Origin: an uncultured bacterium
GTDB lineage: Bacteria > Desulfobacterota_D > UBA1144 > Nemesobacterales > UBA2774
NCBI GenBank assembly: GCA_963825135.1
Contig: CAWGRW010000009.1
Span: 2,091,301 to 2,155,300, forward strand
Reading direction: 5' to 3'
Length of the DNA: 64,000 bases
Positions 63,938 to 64,000 of the stretch are shown here, piece after piece; the first letter of the stretch is position 1; each line of letters starts with the position of its first letter. The translations under genes were made by a program, and so were the position numbers. Under the pieces are notes generated by a model. That model was not told where the DNA came from. It worked only from the letters and a program-made list of their open reading frames with translations, and did no database searches.

Positions 63938-64000
63938 TTTGGTACCCCTCGCAAATTATAACTCTGTTTCTACCGTCCGGTTATAGGGTTTTAACATCCG

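Overview
Bacterial chromosomal segment, mid-50s % GC by eye, with about 60 protein genes and one tRNA-Pro(UGG). I found no rRNA, CRISPR array, transposase or integrase. All calls come from hand translation and remembered family motifs; no searches were run. Positions 1-13.5 kb are one minus-strand gene string: exported VOC protein, GMC oxidoreductase, DM13 proteins, MsrB, TMEM175-type channel, sugar nucleotidyltransferase, gluconolactonase, two GlcG/DUF336 proteins, aquaporin, archaeal-type glucose dehydrogenase and LOG. The rest is mostly housekeeping or metabolic: cspA, SCO1 plus multicopper oxidase, obg, D-amino-acid oxidase, hemD-hemE fusion, hemH, lysA, thiolase, ddl, tricorn-like protease, msrA, phaC, hpf, rtcB, ppk2, Nudix and PilZ. 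The most unusual locus is a two-gene module at 14615-20152. It pairs a PAS-GAF-PAS-GAF protein (degenerate sigma-54-activator AAA+ domain, no DNA-binding domain) with a 948-aa adenylate-forming (ANL) enzyme fused to two tandem diadenylate-cyclase-like (DisA_N) domains. Other notable items: a very Cys-rich exported protein with a C-terminal sorting-signal-like tail plus a small Cys-rich partner; a 15-unit heptad-repeat (PLVxQPA) protein; an A/T-rich RTX-CAP gene islet flanked by ~35-bp direct repeats; and a DM13 internal duplication with patchy near-identity. Six conserved genes between 29.6 and 48.5 kb are each broken by an apparent single-base insertion. That pattern suggests sequence-quality problems rather than biology.
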